DNA of 64,000 nt. Source: Felis catus (taxonomy: Eukaryota). The notes under the pieces were generated by a model, which was not told the DNA's origin, did not search any database, and worked only from the letters and a program-made list of their open reading frames with translations. The position numbers and the translations under genes are program-made. This document shows, piece after piece, positions 48,701 to 60,370 of this stretch (position 1 is the first letter of the stretch; every line of letters starts with the position of its first letter). Location of the stretch: NCBI RefSeq assembly GCF_018350175.1, contig NC_058368.1:238206001-238270000 (forward strand), in the 5' to 3' direction.

Positions 48701-51129
48701 AGGACTGCCCCCGTCACTCAGCTCCCCGTCACTCAGTAGGTGACCCTGACCTACCGTGATGAATGTCTCGTTCCCAGGACTCAGGCCAACCGCAGGAATA
48801 CATACACTGAGCCGCAGAGGAAGCAGGGCCCAGTCCCAGCGCCAGAGCGCACCCAGCTGCCGACCCGGTTCCCACGGGCACGGCCAGGAGCGTCCCCAGC
48901 CCTTCCAAGGGACGAACAGAGAAATGCCACGGCGTCCCGCATGCTTCACCTCAGCTGTGAGCACACGCTGTGTCACAAGCCATAAACCGATGGCTGGACA
49001 CCTGTCCTATACGCGTCACTAGTGTAACAAACATGAAACTACCTTGTTATGTGCCTCTTGGTCAACCGACTTGGGCACAAACATGTTTAGGTCCAAATAC
49101 CTAGTGAGCTGTTTGTATTTTTTAGCTGGTGTTTTGGCAGCAACAGTTCCTATGGAAAGTGCAGCTCAAAGACACAACACAAAACACGGGACCACACGAG
49201 ACAGTATTAATCTGTACAAAAAGGAATCGCAGCCTAGTTGAGCAACCAGTGTCCTGCAGGACGTTAACCGTGTTCATGGAGAGCTAGAGATTTAAAGCAA
49301 AGTAAAAGCCCCAATCCAATTATTTAGAATATCGACTGTTTTCATACTAATACCAACATTTATACCCAGCTAAACGTACGTGCACACACACACATATATA
49401 ATTTTCAAGTCAAAATAAAAACTGAAGTTTTCATCCAAATTAAAAAGGAAGCTACATTTGGAGAAAATGCTCAAAAACGCCCCTTAGGACTTTTGGACAG
49501 CGGTGTCCACGGGTGCTTTGGGGTGACACAGGTTCAGGGGCCACTCAGCCAGTGCCAGGAGGGCGAGCTCAGACACGCGGAGCAGGAGCCAGCACGGGGC
49601 TGCAGAGCCACCAGCCGCGAGGCTCAGCGCCCAGGGCCAGCAGTGTCTGGACCCTGCAGTTTAGGAACTCAGTTTCAAGGGTTTTCCTCTGGGTCCGGGG
49701 GGTAAACATACGGCCAGGCCATGCCCCCCACCCCAGGAAGCCAAAGGCCCGTAGACCCCATTCACCCCACTGTCAAGACAGAGAGGATATACCTGGGAAG
49801 GGAAATGTTTCAGAAGAGCCACGCCTATGAATGCGACCCCCAGCTGTGTTGGCTTCTTCCAGAAGGAAGGAAAGCGGGAGCAGATGCCTACTCACCACTT
49901 ACAGACACACTGTGCACCTTTACGACGTGAAGATGTGCCCCTGGGCCCTCACGATCTCAGCCAGGAAAAGGCCACGCACACACGGAGCTGGGAGAGGGGT
50001 GCAGACCTGGGGGAGCTCACAGAGCGAGGCGACACCTTCAGCACTGCCCCGTTCCCACTTTACTCGCTTCGCCAACTCTGATTTTGTTTCTTCGGTTTCA
50101 ATTTTAGGTTGCTTCCCTGATGCAACCCCTCTGCCGCCACCGCCCCCTACCCTCCCCCACCACCCCCCACCCCCGCCCCTCCGGCCCCGGCAATCAGAAG
50201 CCAGAGGCCACACAGTTTCCAGCAGAGAGGAGCTTGTGACAGACCCAGGTGCTTGCTGGAACATCACAAGAGCTGAGGTAGGGGGCCGGGGGCCAGGCCA
50301 CAGGGACGACCCCCAAGCTTCAGGACCCATGCATTCCCCACAGGGCACCAAACTCCGCCTCCTCCACCTGCCCCACCAGGCCCACAAAGCAGGAATGGAA
50401 GTAGAAATGTAGACGCTAAGAGGGGACAATGTAACCAAGATCAGCGGGGAAGGGAACACGATTTAGGGGCAACTGAGGAGCAAGGAGAAGGTTGACTGAG
50501 GGAAGGACGGACTCAGGGCGACCGTGGAAAACAAACAGACTCAGAAGTGGAAAACCGGCCGAACCAACACGCGCGGAGACTGGGGAGCTGGCAGCGCGGG
50601 TGAGGAACCAGGACGCGAACAGGCCCCTGCGGGCTGACTCCACCGTCAGCCCTGTCTCCAGCGGTTACACGGTGGGTGAGCCGTCAGACCCACGCGGGGA
50701 AGGACAACCCTCGTGCTGGTTTCAGCGTGTGCATGTCCGTCCCGGTGAGAACACAGTCTGGTCTGTCTGGCAGTAAATATGAGAAGCGTACTCCAAAGAG
50801 TGACCAAAAGAGTAGTTTTTAAAAGCTGCTGTGACTTCCTTTAATCTGAAGATCTCAGGAGTATAAGACACAGAAATGGAGAGGGTAAAAAAGATCACTC
50901 CCATTTATACAGAAACCGAGAGACACAAGATGTCACTTTACAATGGGGGGGGGGGGATAAAACAAATACAGGCACATTCAGCATTTCAAAGACAAGCAAA
51001 CTTCCACAGCCTCCAGGGTGCCCCCCCCCCAGTTTGAGAATTTAAGTCCAGAGATTAACTTTTATTTCCTGTTGGTTACATAAAGGTTTTACCAAAGCCT
51101 ACCTCTCTTTCACTAGACGTTTGGCTTAC

Positions 51130-51183
51130 CTCTTTCTGGCGACCTACAAATCGGATTTTCCTGTAGTCCTTATCATCATAAGC
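51130..51183 (-). CDS. NDUFS6: NDUFS6 coding exon 2
   Basis: Acceptor (T)14-CAG|, then 54 nt encoding [18 protein letters not shown], then donor GAG|GTAAGC. Phase 0 on both sides. Confidence 0.97.
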
Positions 51184-51589
51184 CTGAAAAAAAAAAAAAA
51201 GACCTTATATGATTTTCACAGCCTGATCCGGGAAGAAGTCACTTCGTACCAAGAGTAAACATTACAGGAAAGTGTTTTCTCTTAACATTCTGGCCACTCG
51301 TGACCAAGTGCGTGAGGCGCAAAGTGTAACTTCGTGACCAGGGGCATTCCCCAGCGAGATACCGAAGGTGAGACCGGACAACAATCGGAATCGGAAGGTA
51401 GCGAGTTGCGGTCTGAAAGAGCAGAGACCAACTCGGGCAGAGGAGGGGCACCCCCAATTTTCTTTCACCTCTGGCCGACATCGGATAGAAGTGTCGGCTA
51501 GGGGACTCCTTAATAACACAGGTACCTCGCTCACTTTTCCGCCTTCTGTTTTAGACTACAGCGGCCCCTCGGCTTGTTAAAATGTACGG

Positions 51590-52260
51590 CCTAGCACCGC
51601 GGACACGACAGGAAGCGCACGCGGGCCCCGACGGTCAGCCTGTCCACAGGGACGGGCCTGATGCTGGAGCTGGCGACGCTCGGAGGACGAGCCCACCCTG
51701 ACTGCAGAGGCACGGCGGCGGCCGTGGGGGTGGGGCGGCTTCCGTCTCGTCGGTCAGAGCGTGGGACCCCCGCACACACCCACTCTAATGTGAACGGGGG
51801 CCGGCCCGGGGCTCGGCCTGAGAGACCCTGCCCACCGGCCGGCGCGTCCCCCGGCCGCAGGGGGAGGGGACCGGAGGGACGGGAAGCCGAGATGGAGGGC
51901 ATCCTCCACGCCGCGGCGGTTACCTGGCCGGTGTGCGTAATCTTCTCCCCGGTCGGTGAAGTCCGCACCCCTAGACACCTGGCGCCACGGGGCAGGGTCA
52001 GCGCCGCCGGACGGCTCCGGCCCAGCAGCCGGCAGAAGGTGACCGTCGCCGCCATCTTTGCGGGCTGACCCCTGACCCGGCGCACCGACGCGCTGATGCG
52101 TGCGCACGGCTTCCGCAGGGAGGGGCGCTTGCTGCGCCAACTTACGCTGGGGGCGGGGACGCGCAAGCGCAATGCGCTCGGGCGAGTGCCGCCCAGCAGG
52201 TGCAACGGTGGGGCCGAGGCTCAGTACGGAAAAGGCGGGAAAATTTGTGCGCAACCTGAG
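51590..52260 (-). promoter_or_regulatory. NDUFS6 CpG-island promoter
   Basis: CpG-dense and spans exon 1. GC box GGGGGCGGGG at 52149-52158, NRF1-like GCGCAAGCGCA at 52161-52171, YY1 motif AAAGATGGCGGC over the start codon (52048-52059). Confidence 0.75.
51924..52055 (-). CDS. NDUFS6: NDUFS6 coding exon 1 (complex I 13 kDa-A subunit; mitochondrial presequence)
   Basis: ATG at 52055 in AAGATGG context. 132 nt encode MAATVTFCRLLGRSRPAALTLPRGARCLGVRTSPTGEKITHTGQ, followed by donor CAG|GTAACC. Recognisable NDUFS6 N-terminus. Confidence 0.97.
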
Positions 52261-53299
52261 CATTTATCGACTGCTGAGTGGCCCCCCTGCCAGGGCTAGG
52301 GCAGAGCAGGATGGAAAATGAAAGGGCACTCTTCACATTCGATGACAATTGATAATCATGGGAGGAGGTTACGTATCGAATGTTTTCATTGGCGAAGGGT
52401 CCTTGCATTGAGTAAACTATGTACATTCACGTTGCGCAGCGCGCATTTCTGTGTGGGCGCGGGGACAGCAGAAATTCGGATTTCTGCAGCAGAACTCCAG
52501 TGAAGCTACCAGTAGGACACATTCGATGTCATCCCCATGCAGATCAGCCCCGAGGGTGCCCTGCTCTAGAGCACACCTGTGCAGACCCGCGCTGGCGGTC
52601 CCGGTGCTTCCCTCTCCGAACTGCCTGTTCATAGATGGGTCAGGAGGGTCAATTACGCCGAGGGCGGTGGGCACGGGGGGCAGACTCAGACTTCAGAGCT
52701 AGGGTGGGGATGCCCCCCCACCCGCCAGGAGTTGAGGACACCCACAGCCGGGATTCCGGGAGGTGGAAGAGAACTCAGGAAGGTGAGGAGAGATGAGATG
52801 CACCGGAAATCTCAGAACGGAAAGATGCCCACAAACAGGTACCCAGAGGCAGGGCCAAAGCTCACCTGGGCAGGTGCAAGAGTGAGCTCGCTGCCTTATC
52901 GATGGTGTGCAGATGGGCCGCCGTCTGCAGGTCGCCTCCGTGTGCACGGACAGTAGATGGATGGGTGGGCACACATACCCGGAATGACAAGATGCACTGG
53001 GTTCAGTGTGGACTCTGGTGGTGGGTAGATGGGTGCTCACCGTAGTCCTTCACCTTTTGTTTGAAATGTCTCATTAAAGAATACGGGCGGGAAAAAAAGA
53101 TATGTAACTGCAACCAGTTAGGACCAGTGCCTATCTCCACTGCTTCCCTGAGCCTCGCCACATTTCTCCCAGGATGTGCACTTAATACAAACGTGTGAAT
53201 TCTTCTAGATTTTTGTTTTGAGCCGGTATTCGTTTTTTTTAAACGTCTACTTGGTTGTGACTTATTTTTCATTCCAGATGTGTATTTCTGTTCCCATTT

Positions 53300-53530
53300 T
53301 GTCAGCCTCCGAGGCCGTAGGTACCCAGTGGCGGGAGGGCGTCCGCGCAGGGGTAGCTGGGGCTCCTGCAGCTCCGTCTCTGCGCCCGGCGCTGCGGGGA
53401 CGACCACGTGACCTTGCCGCCATCTTTTTTTCTGGCGGACACTGCGGGCGGCGGCTTCCCCGCTCCATTGCGCAGGCGCATGCGAGGCGCGCGGGCGACA
53501 GTCTCCGGCCCTTTCTTCCCAGGTCTGTGG
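53300..53530 (+). promoter_or_regulatory. MRPL36 CpG-island promoter
   Basis: E-box CACGTG at 53405-53410, ERR element TGACCTTG at 53409-53416, YY1 GCCGCCATCTTT at 53416-53427, NRF1 TGCGCAGGCGCA at 53469-53480. CpG density continues through the CDS. Confidence 0.75.
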
Positions 53531-53814
53531 TCCTGGGGGTCGCGTGGGGCCGGGGAGGAGGACGGGGTGGAGGCTCGGGAGTCCCCGGGTGCGTCGCGGC
53601 CGCAGGTCCGGGCTGTCCACGCCCCGGAGGGATGCTGTCCTCGGCCGGCGGGCTCCCCGGGGGCCCGGAGACAGACGAGGGGCGGCGGAGGGGCGGAGGA
53701 GCCAGGGAGAGGGCCCGGGGACAGCCGAGTGGCGGCGGAGGGGGGGGGGGCGCTGGCGGCGAAACTCCTCCTCCCGCGCGGAGGCCATACGGATTGTTTT
53801 TCGGTTCCCCGCAG
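53523..53814 (+). other. MRPL36: Probable MRPL36 5'UTR intron (292 nt)
   Basis: Candidate donor CAG|GTCTGT just downstream of the promoter motifs. Pyrimidine-rich acceptor TTGTTTTTCGGTTCCCCGCAG. The donor position is inferred. Confidence 0.6.
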
Positions 53815-53827
53815 GCCCGGCCACCAC

Positions 53828-54130
53828 ATGGCCCGCGTGCTCGTGGCGAAGATGCTGGCGTGCGCCCTGAGCCCGCTGCTCCGGGGGAGCCCCGGGCCGG
53901 CGAAGCCCCGCGCGCTCTCCACTCTCCTGGCGGGACCTCTTCGCACCGCGGGGCCCGCGGGACCCTGGCCCCTGCCCGGCCGCCTCCTGCCCGGCCTGCA
54001 GCTTGCCCTGGGCTTCAAGACCAAGGGCGTCATCAAGGAGCGCTGTCGGGACTGCTACCGGGTGAAGAGGCGCGGGCGCTGGTTCATCTACTGCAAAACG
54101 AACCCAAAACACAAACAGAGACAGATGTAG
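53828..54130 (+). CDS. MRPL36: Mitochondrial ribosomal protein L36 (bL36m), single coding exon
   Basis: CACATGG start; 100 aa. Presequence-like N-terminus followed by GFKTKGVIKERCRDCYRVKRRGRWFIYCKTNPKHKQRQM, the L36 C-x2-C...C-x5-H zinc ribbon. Acceptor CCGCAG| at 53814 lies 13 nt before the ATG. Confidence 0.98.
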   Translation: MARVLVAKMLACALSPLLRGSPGPAKPRALSTLLAGPLRTAGPAGPWPLPGRLLPGLQLALGFKTKGVIKERCRDCYRVKRRGRWFIYCKTNPKHKQRQM

Positions 54131-54201
54131 GTCTCCGCCGTAAAATAATGTGCAAGACTGTGTCCCTATCTTGAGGAACGGTACTACCTCGTGGAAAGGA
54201 A

Positions 54202-54207
54202 AATAAA
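54202..54207 (+). terminator. MRPL36: MRPL36 polyadenylation signal AATAAA
   Basis: AATAAA about 70 nt after the TAG. Confidence 0.7.
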
Positions 54208-55429
54208 AGCGAAGCAGTGCCTAATCTAAGATCTGTCGAGCCTCGGGTTTTGTTGACTCTACCGCCGGGCACCCCACCCCCATGTAGCAGCGCAGCCAGG
54301 TCAGCTGGTCAAGCCAGAGCCCCGGATGGAAAGCGCATCGTTCTTATCTTCTGGGCAAGCCGTCCGTGCTCGGGCTGCAGGGCAGGAGGCAAGATGGAGG
54401 GGGCGCGGGTCTTGCTTCTGAGGCCCCAGTTGCTTAGGAGGCGCCCCTGCAAGGCGGCGTCCGGCCCTGTCCCCGCATTTAGCCCACCTGCAGCTTCTGA
54501 GTGCCAACTGCTCCGCTCCCTGGCCGCGGATAAGCATGAAAGCCTTGCCGGCAATACTTACGTCAAGGAAAGTTTGGCTCCCCGTGTGTAAAGGTGTTTT
54601 AGACACCAGTTAGACGTGTTTGTCATCTCTGGTGACGCACGAATGGACACGCGTGTGGTGTGGGTGCGCTGTGCACACGTGCATGTCCCCGTATGCATGG
54701 ATGTGGGTGGTGTGTGCACGTATTTGTACGTGCATGTCCCCATTTGCGTGGATGTGGTGTGTGCGTGTATCTGTACACATGTAGGCAGGACGCACCTGGA
54801 GGGTGTGTACTAAGCAGAGCCGCCGTGGGACTCTGCAGACATGTGGCCTGGAGCCCGTGGCGTGCAGTGTTCTTGTGTCTCGTGTCCCAGCGGCTGCCTC
54901 ACCCGCAAGGTCTGAGCCCCCCACACAATGTCCCTGGCCCCCCTGGCAGCCTTGGTGTCCGGGCCACAGCTGGAGCGGGTTGTACTAGGAGGAGAGCAGT
55001 ACAGGCATCGCACCGCGCACGGGCAGCTCGTGTGCCGCGCTAAGGCGCAGCGCACGCACAGTCCTGCTCTCCGGGATCCTGACCACGATGCCCGGAACCA
55101 CAGCGCAGAGCCCAGGAGGCAGCTCAGGACAAGAAGTGACACGGTTTTGCACATTATGTCACAGAGCAGTTTGTCCTGGGAGAAGGCGGGGTTCAGCTAG
55201 TTCTGCTGGAGTAAAGACCTTCTTTCCCCACGTTGCTTCAGGGGGTCCCGGGACCCCTGCCCTGGTTTGAGAACAGCCAGCCCGTATAGACGCTGTAACG
55301 CTTAGATTTGTTTTCTCTGAAGCGAGCTGTGTTGAGTGCAGGGGTTCTGAGGGTAATTACCTCCTGCATAGACCTCAGTCCCAGAGCAGCTGCAGAGGAG
55401 CCCTGTGACCTTAGGAGGTTTCCCCTCTC

Positions 55430-55620
55430 AGCACAGCTGGCCCTCGGGACACGGTTTTCCCAGTGCAGGGCCATCCGGGGCACTGAAGTGTGTGCAGCAG
55501 CATCCTCAGCCCCCACCCACTAGATGGCCAAGAGCACCTCATCGCTGGTTGTGACAACCGAAAGTGTCTCCAGACATGGCAGTCGTTCCCCGGCACGATC
55601 TGCCCCGGAGGGGCTGACAC
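55430..55620. mobile_element. MER20 (hAT-Charlie) element
   Basis: GCAGCATCCTCAGCCCCCACCCACTAGATG...GTTGTGACAACCGAAAGTGTCTCCAGACATGGC matches the recalled MER20 core. Confidence 0.8.
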
Positions 55621-56384
55621 GCAGGGGCCGATTCCGCCCAGCCCTCCCCGCAGGGTTCCTCTGAGAACCTCTGAGCACCTGGGTTGGGCAGGGCCCGGTT
55701 CTGTCGTGCTCCGCCCTCCGGCTGTCACAGGCCCGGCCCACCGTAGGCACTCAGTGATAACAGTGGAATCAGACGACCGTGCCTGCTTGTAAATACACAG
55801 CCTTTTGTCCTCTCCACTCAGAACAGGCTCATCCATAAGGTTCGGCACACAACTTTGTTCCGAAGACGTGGCAGACTGGCCCTGTCCCCGCGGGCTCAGC
55901 CACCTCCCGTGTGGGGGAGTTTGATGCCACACCCGTCTCGGACCCGCAACGCACCAGGCATGCCTTCTCAGTGTTTTCTCCTTGACAGGTGTGTGGTTTC
56001 ACATGCCATTGTGCGTGTCTGGCTCTGTATGGGGCTGACGGTGTTGTCACAACCACAGGTACGTGCCTCTGTGGAGATCTTCAAAGGACAGGCAGTAATG
56101 GGGTAGTGAAGCCATGGGCCCCAAGTCCACAGGAACCCATGATTACAGTTGACAAGCTGGAATTCTAACAGGCTGTTGATGGATTTTTAAGTCCTTCCTC
56201 CCTCCTGGGATTATTCGTCCCTATTTGATCCAAGGTGACCGTGTGAGTGCTGACCAAACCCTCCCGCAGCCCATTCCCTTTCCCGTACCTGCACGGACCA
56301 GCGTTCAGAGTCCCAGGGTCTACCTGCAGGGACCAGCATTCAGAGCCCTGGGATTCCAGCTTAGCAGCAAGTGTTGTTTAGGAC

Positions 56385-56592
56385 AAGAGACAGCGAGCTA
56401 CTCCCGCCCACCACCCATTTTTGTAAGTGAAGTTTTATTGGAAAACAGCCGTGCGCGCTCAAGAATGTATCGTCTGTGCCTCTAAGACAGCGGGGTAGCC
56501 GCTGAGTAATTGCTATAAAGAACATATGGCTTGAAAAACCTAAAGATATTTACCATTTGAGCTCTACGTGCAGAAAAAGTGTGCCGACTCCT
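56385..56592. mobile_element. MER58A-like hAT element
   Basis: TTTTTGTAAGTGAAGTTTTATTGGAAAACAGCC...AAAACCTAAAGATATTTACC...CAGAAAAAGTGTGCCGACTCCT. Confidence 0.8.
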
Positions 56593-56699
56593 TGTTTAGA
56601 ACGTTACATAAGCTCTCCCCTCACCCTGGGGCTTGACTTCAGAGACCACAACCTGCCCGAAGCGTTTCACGGGTTCTCCGTCGTCCACAGTGAGAAGGA

Positions 56700-58410
56700 T
56701 TTTTGTATTTGTAAATACTAGCCATAAACAAATAGAAATGGACATAAAAAGCGGTGTTTGTAATAGCACCGAAAACGTGAATGTTTAGATACCAAATAGA
56801 ATCTGCACGCATTCTATATACTTAAAATTGTAAAACACTGTTGAAAGAATGTGAGTGAAATGTAAATAAGTATTGAGCTGTACCATGGTTATGGATTAGA
56901 ATATTTGACCTTGTCAGTTCTCACCAAATTAGTCTGCAAACTCACTGTAGTCCCAATAAAAATCCCAGCAGGAATTTTTGTGCAAAATGCCATGCTTCTT
57001 CAGAATTTTACGTGGAATTAGCCAGAATTTTGAAAATGCGAAGAAATGTTAAAGGACACATGCTCCCTGATTTCAAAACTTACTTTGAAGCCACAGTAGC
57101 CAAGACACCGTAGTATTCATGCAGCACAGCTCATAGGTCAGTAGAACCGAATAGAGACGTCAGAGATAGGCCCGCACATATGTGGTCAGATGATTTTCAA
57201 AACAGGTTTAAAGCGATTCAGTGAAGAAAGCATAGGCTTTTGTACCTATGGTGCTAGAAAGTTGGATTTCCATATATACAAAATCCCTTTCACCATATAC
57301 AGAGGTTAACTAAAAATAAATCACAGACCTAAATGTAAAACCTAATATTATAATATCTTAAGAAAACAGAAAATACATGTGGCTTTGGGTTATGCAGATT
57401 TATTAGATAAAACACCAAAAACATGATCCATGAAAGAAAACCTTCATAAATTAGATTTTACCAAAGTTAGGATCTTCAAAATATTTTCATCAAAGTTAAT
57501 ATCTTCTGCTTTTCAAAAGATACTGTCAAGTAAACGAAGACAAGCCAAAAACTGGGAGAAAATATTTGCAAAACACATTTCTGATAAAGGAATGGATCTA
57601 GAATATATAAAGAAATCTCAGAACTCAATAAGAAAGAAACAGCCAACGCAATTCAAAGTGGGCAAAAGATTCGAAGAGCTATTTCACAAAGGTACACACA
57701 CCGATGGAAAATAAACACAAAAAAACGTTTAACAGTGGCTTTAGCAAAAAGTAAATTGCTGCCATGACAAAATAATACTACAGACCCAACAGAATGGTTG
57801 AGAAATGGAAAAACCACGTTCTGGTGAGATCGTGTAGCAAGGGTAACCCTCACCGCAGGTAACACAGCCCCGTTGAATGCGGCTTGGCCATTTGTCATAA
57901 AGTTGAATGATGCAATCACTTAGCAATCCCTTGAGTATTTGCCCGAGAGCAATGAAAACTTAGGTTCACAATAAAACCTTTATGTCAGTGTTTATGGTGG
58001 CTTTATTTACAATTCAAACGAAAACCACCCCAACTGGAAACAGCCCACATGGGCTTCAGGCCGGTAAACGGATTAACCAAGCATACATTCTTACAGTGGA
58101 ATTCTCAGCAACAGGAAGGAAAGAATTGATAGGAATGAAAGCATGAATGAATCTCAGATCCACCACACTGGTTGACAGAAGCCTGCACTCAAAAGCTATA
58201 TACTTCATGATGCCAGTTATATGACATTATGGAAAAGTCAAAATTATGGGCACAGGAGAAAGTCTGTTGTTGGGAGCTGCGGGTGGGGAGCCAGGGTTGG
58301 CTACGAGGGGACATGAAGGAATGCTTTTGGGTGATGGAAATGTTCTGTCTTGATTATGGCAGCAATTTCATGACAATATACGCTTATAGAACTCCTAGAA
58401 TTCAACTTCA
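56700..58410 (+). mobile_element. Old LINE-1 (L1M-class) ORF2 3' part plus 3'UTR, degenerate
   Basis: A-rich. Translation KRRQAKNWEKIFAKHISDKG resembles L1 ORF2. 3'UTR-type text GGGTGATGGAAATGTTCTGTCTTGATT. Confidence 0.88.
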
Positions 58411-58419
58411 GTAAGCCTT

Positions 58420-60370
58420 GCAAAAAAAATAGCCAAATGGAATTTCCAGATAGCAAGTTGAGATCAAATAAATAAAGACCCAGGAACGCAGTGCGCTGTG
58501 GGACAGTATCCAGCACTGTAGGGTAAATGGCATTGCCGCCCTGGGGGAGGGTGGAGAAAAACCAACCGTGGAAGAAATAACGGCCAAAATGTTTCCCTGG
58601 TGGATGGAAGCAATAAATCCACAAATCCAAGAATCTTAACAAACCTCAGTCAGGAGGAATATAAAGAAAACCACATAATTCTACATCATTATTGAATTGC
58701 TCCATATCAGATAAAAAGAAAAAATGCAGACAGAGAAACGAGATTCACTCTTCATAGAGCGACAAAAACAGCAGCAGACTTCTCAGAGACCGTGCAGCCT
58801 GAAAGGCAGTAAAACCTCTGAGGTGCTGCGGAGAAATCTACGTCTAGTGAAAACATCTCCGAAAACTAAGGGTGAAGATCCACCGAAGCTGGAAGAAGTC
58901 AGCTGGAAACACAGATCTACACAAAGACATGAAAAGCTAGAAACAGTGACTGTTTATTTGGGTAAATATAAAAGATACTCTTTCCTCATTTAAAAATCAC
59001 GTAAGGAAAAAATGAGAGCGAAGTCCTGGCATCTGCAGGACCGAAGTGTGAGCGTGCCCAGCACAGGACAAGGGCAGACACTCATGAGGTTCTTGCACAT
59101 GTGAAGTGGCAAGTATTGTTTGAAGGTGAACTGTGACGTTACAGTGTGCACTCTAAACATTGGACCAGCCCCCAAGGAAATAAAAAGATATTTGTGATAA
59201 GGCAACAGTGGACAAATATGTGCGATATCAAAATATCCAATTAATTTAAAATAAGAAAACCAAAAGAGAACAAAGGAACGACGTATTGATATGATAAAAT
59301 AGAAAATAAATGACCACAGATGTAAATTCAACCTTATCAATAATCCCAGCACGTGTACCTATGTAAGCATCCAGTCAAGCAGCAGAGAACCTCAGACTGT
59401 ATAAAAAACGAAGACTCACATGTATGCAGTCTGTAAGAAACTCATTTAAAACACAAGTGACTGAGAGGGTAAACGGTAGAAGATAATAGCCTCCAAACAA
59501 TAGTCAAAGGAAAGCTGGAGGGATACACTAATGATGGTCAAAGTGGACTTGATCACCAAATATTACCAGGTATGACGGTAGATGGGTTAATTAACCAAGG
59601 ACAGATAACAGTGTTAAATGTCTACGCATTTCATAACAGAGCTGCAAAATACACAAAGCGAAAATGTATGCAACTACAAGGAGAAACAGACAAAAATCAG
59701 GACGGTACACATCAGTACTTTTCTTTCGATAATTGCTCAGAAAAGTAGACAGAAAATATTAAGGATGCAGAAGATTTGCACAACCCTATCAGCCAATTTA
59801 ATCAAACTGATATTTCTAAAACATCCCCCCTCACATCAGAATACGCATCTTTTCTAGGTTCACATGGGATGTGCAACCCAAAATGACCGTATTTTGGGCC
59901 AAGAGATGAGTTTCAAAGGATTGAAGTCATTAAAAAAATATATGTTCTGACCACAGTGCTATTAATCTAAGATTCAGCAACAGGAAGATATCTGGGAAAT
60001 CACACAAATAATTGGAAATTAAACCACCCGGTTCTAAATAAGCCAGGGATCAAAGAACTCGAAAGGGAAAGTACAAAATACTGGAACCAGACGGGGACTG
60101 ACTAACACATCAACACGCGTGGAAAGGGTAAAGCCACACTTACAGGGACATTTATAGCACGGAGCGCTTACACGAGAAAAGGCAAGACTGCAAACAATGG
60201 TCTCACCTTCCACCTGAGACTAGAAAAAGGAGAGCGAAATCGAAACTATAAAACCGAGGGACAGCAGGGAGAAGGGAAGAACACAAAGGCTCCATCTTCG
60301 ACAGGGACAAGACACATAAATGTCTGGCTGGTCTGGTCCAGAAGAAAGCAGAAAGATGCAAATACCAACA
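58420..60370 (+). mobile_element. Second old LINE-1 fragment (ORF1 end, spacer and ORF2 endonuclease region)
   Basis: A-rich, with ORF2-type landmarks (GTCAAAGTGGACTT, TATGTTCTGACCACAGTGCTATTAATCTAAG, TTGGAAATTAAAC). No intact reading frame. Confidence 0.8.

Noticed and set aside
51591..52205. 204-aa ORF containing NDUFS6 exon 1
   Set aside because: It starts at a TTG in the promoter and reads through the exon 1 donor into the intron. Only 51924-52055 is coding.
53003..54174. Overlapping 369-aa (-), 318-aa (+) and 244-aa (-) ORFs
   Set aside because: Shadow frames of the CpG island and the MRPL36 CDS; Pro/Arg/Gly/Ala-rich with no recognisable domain.
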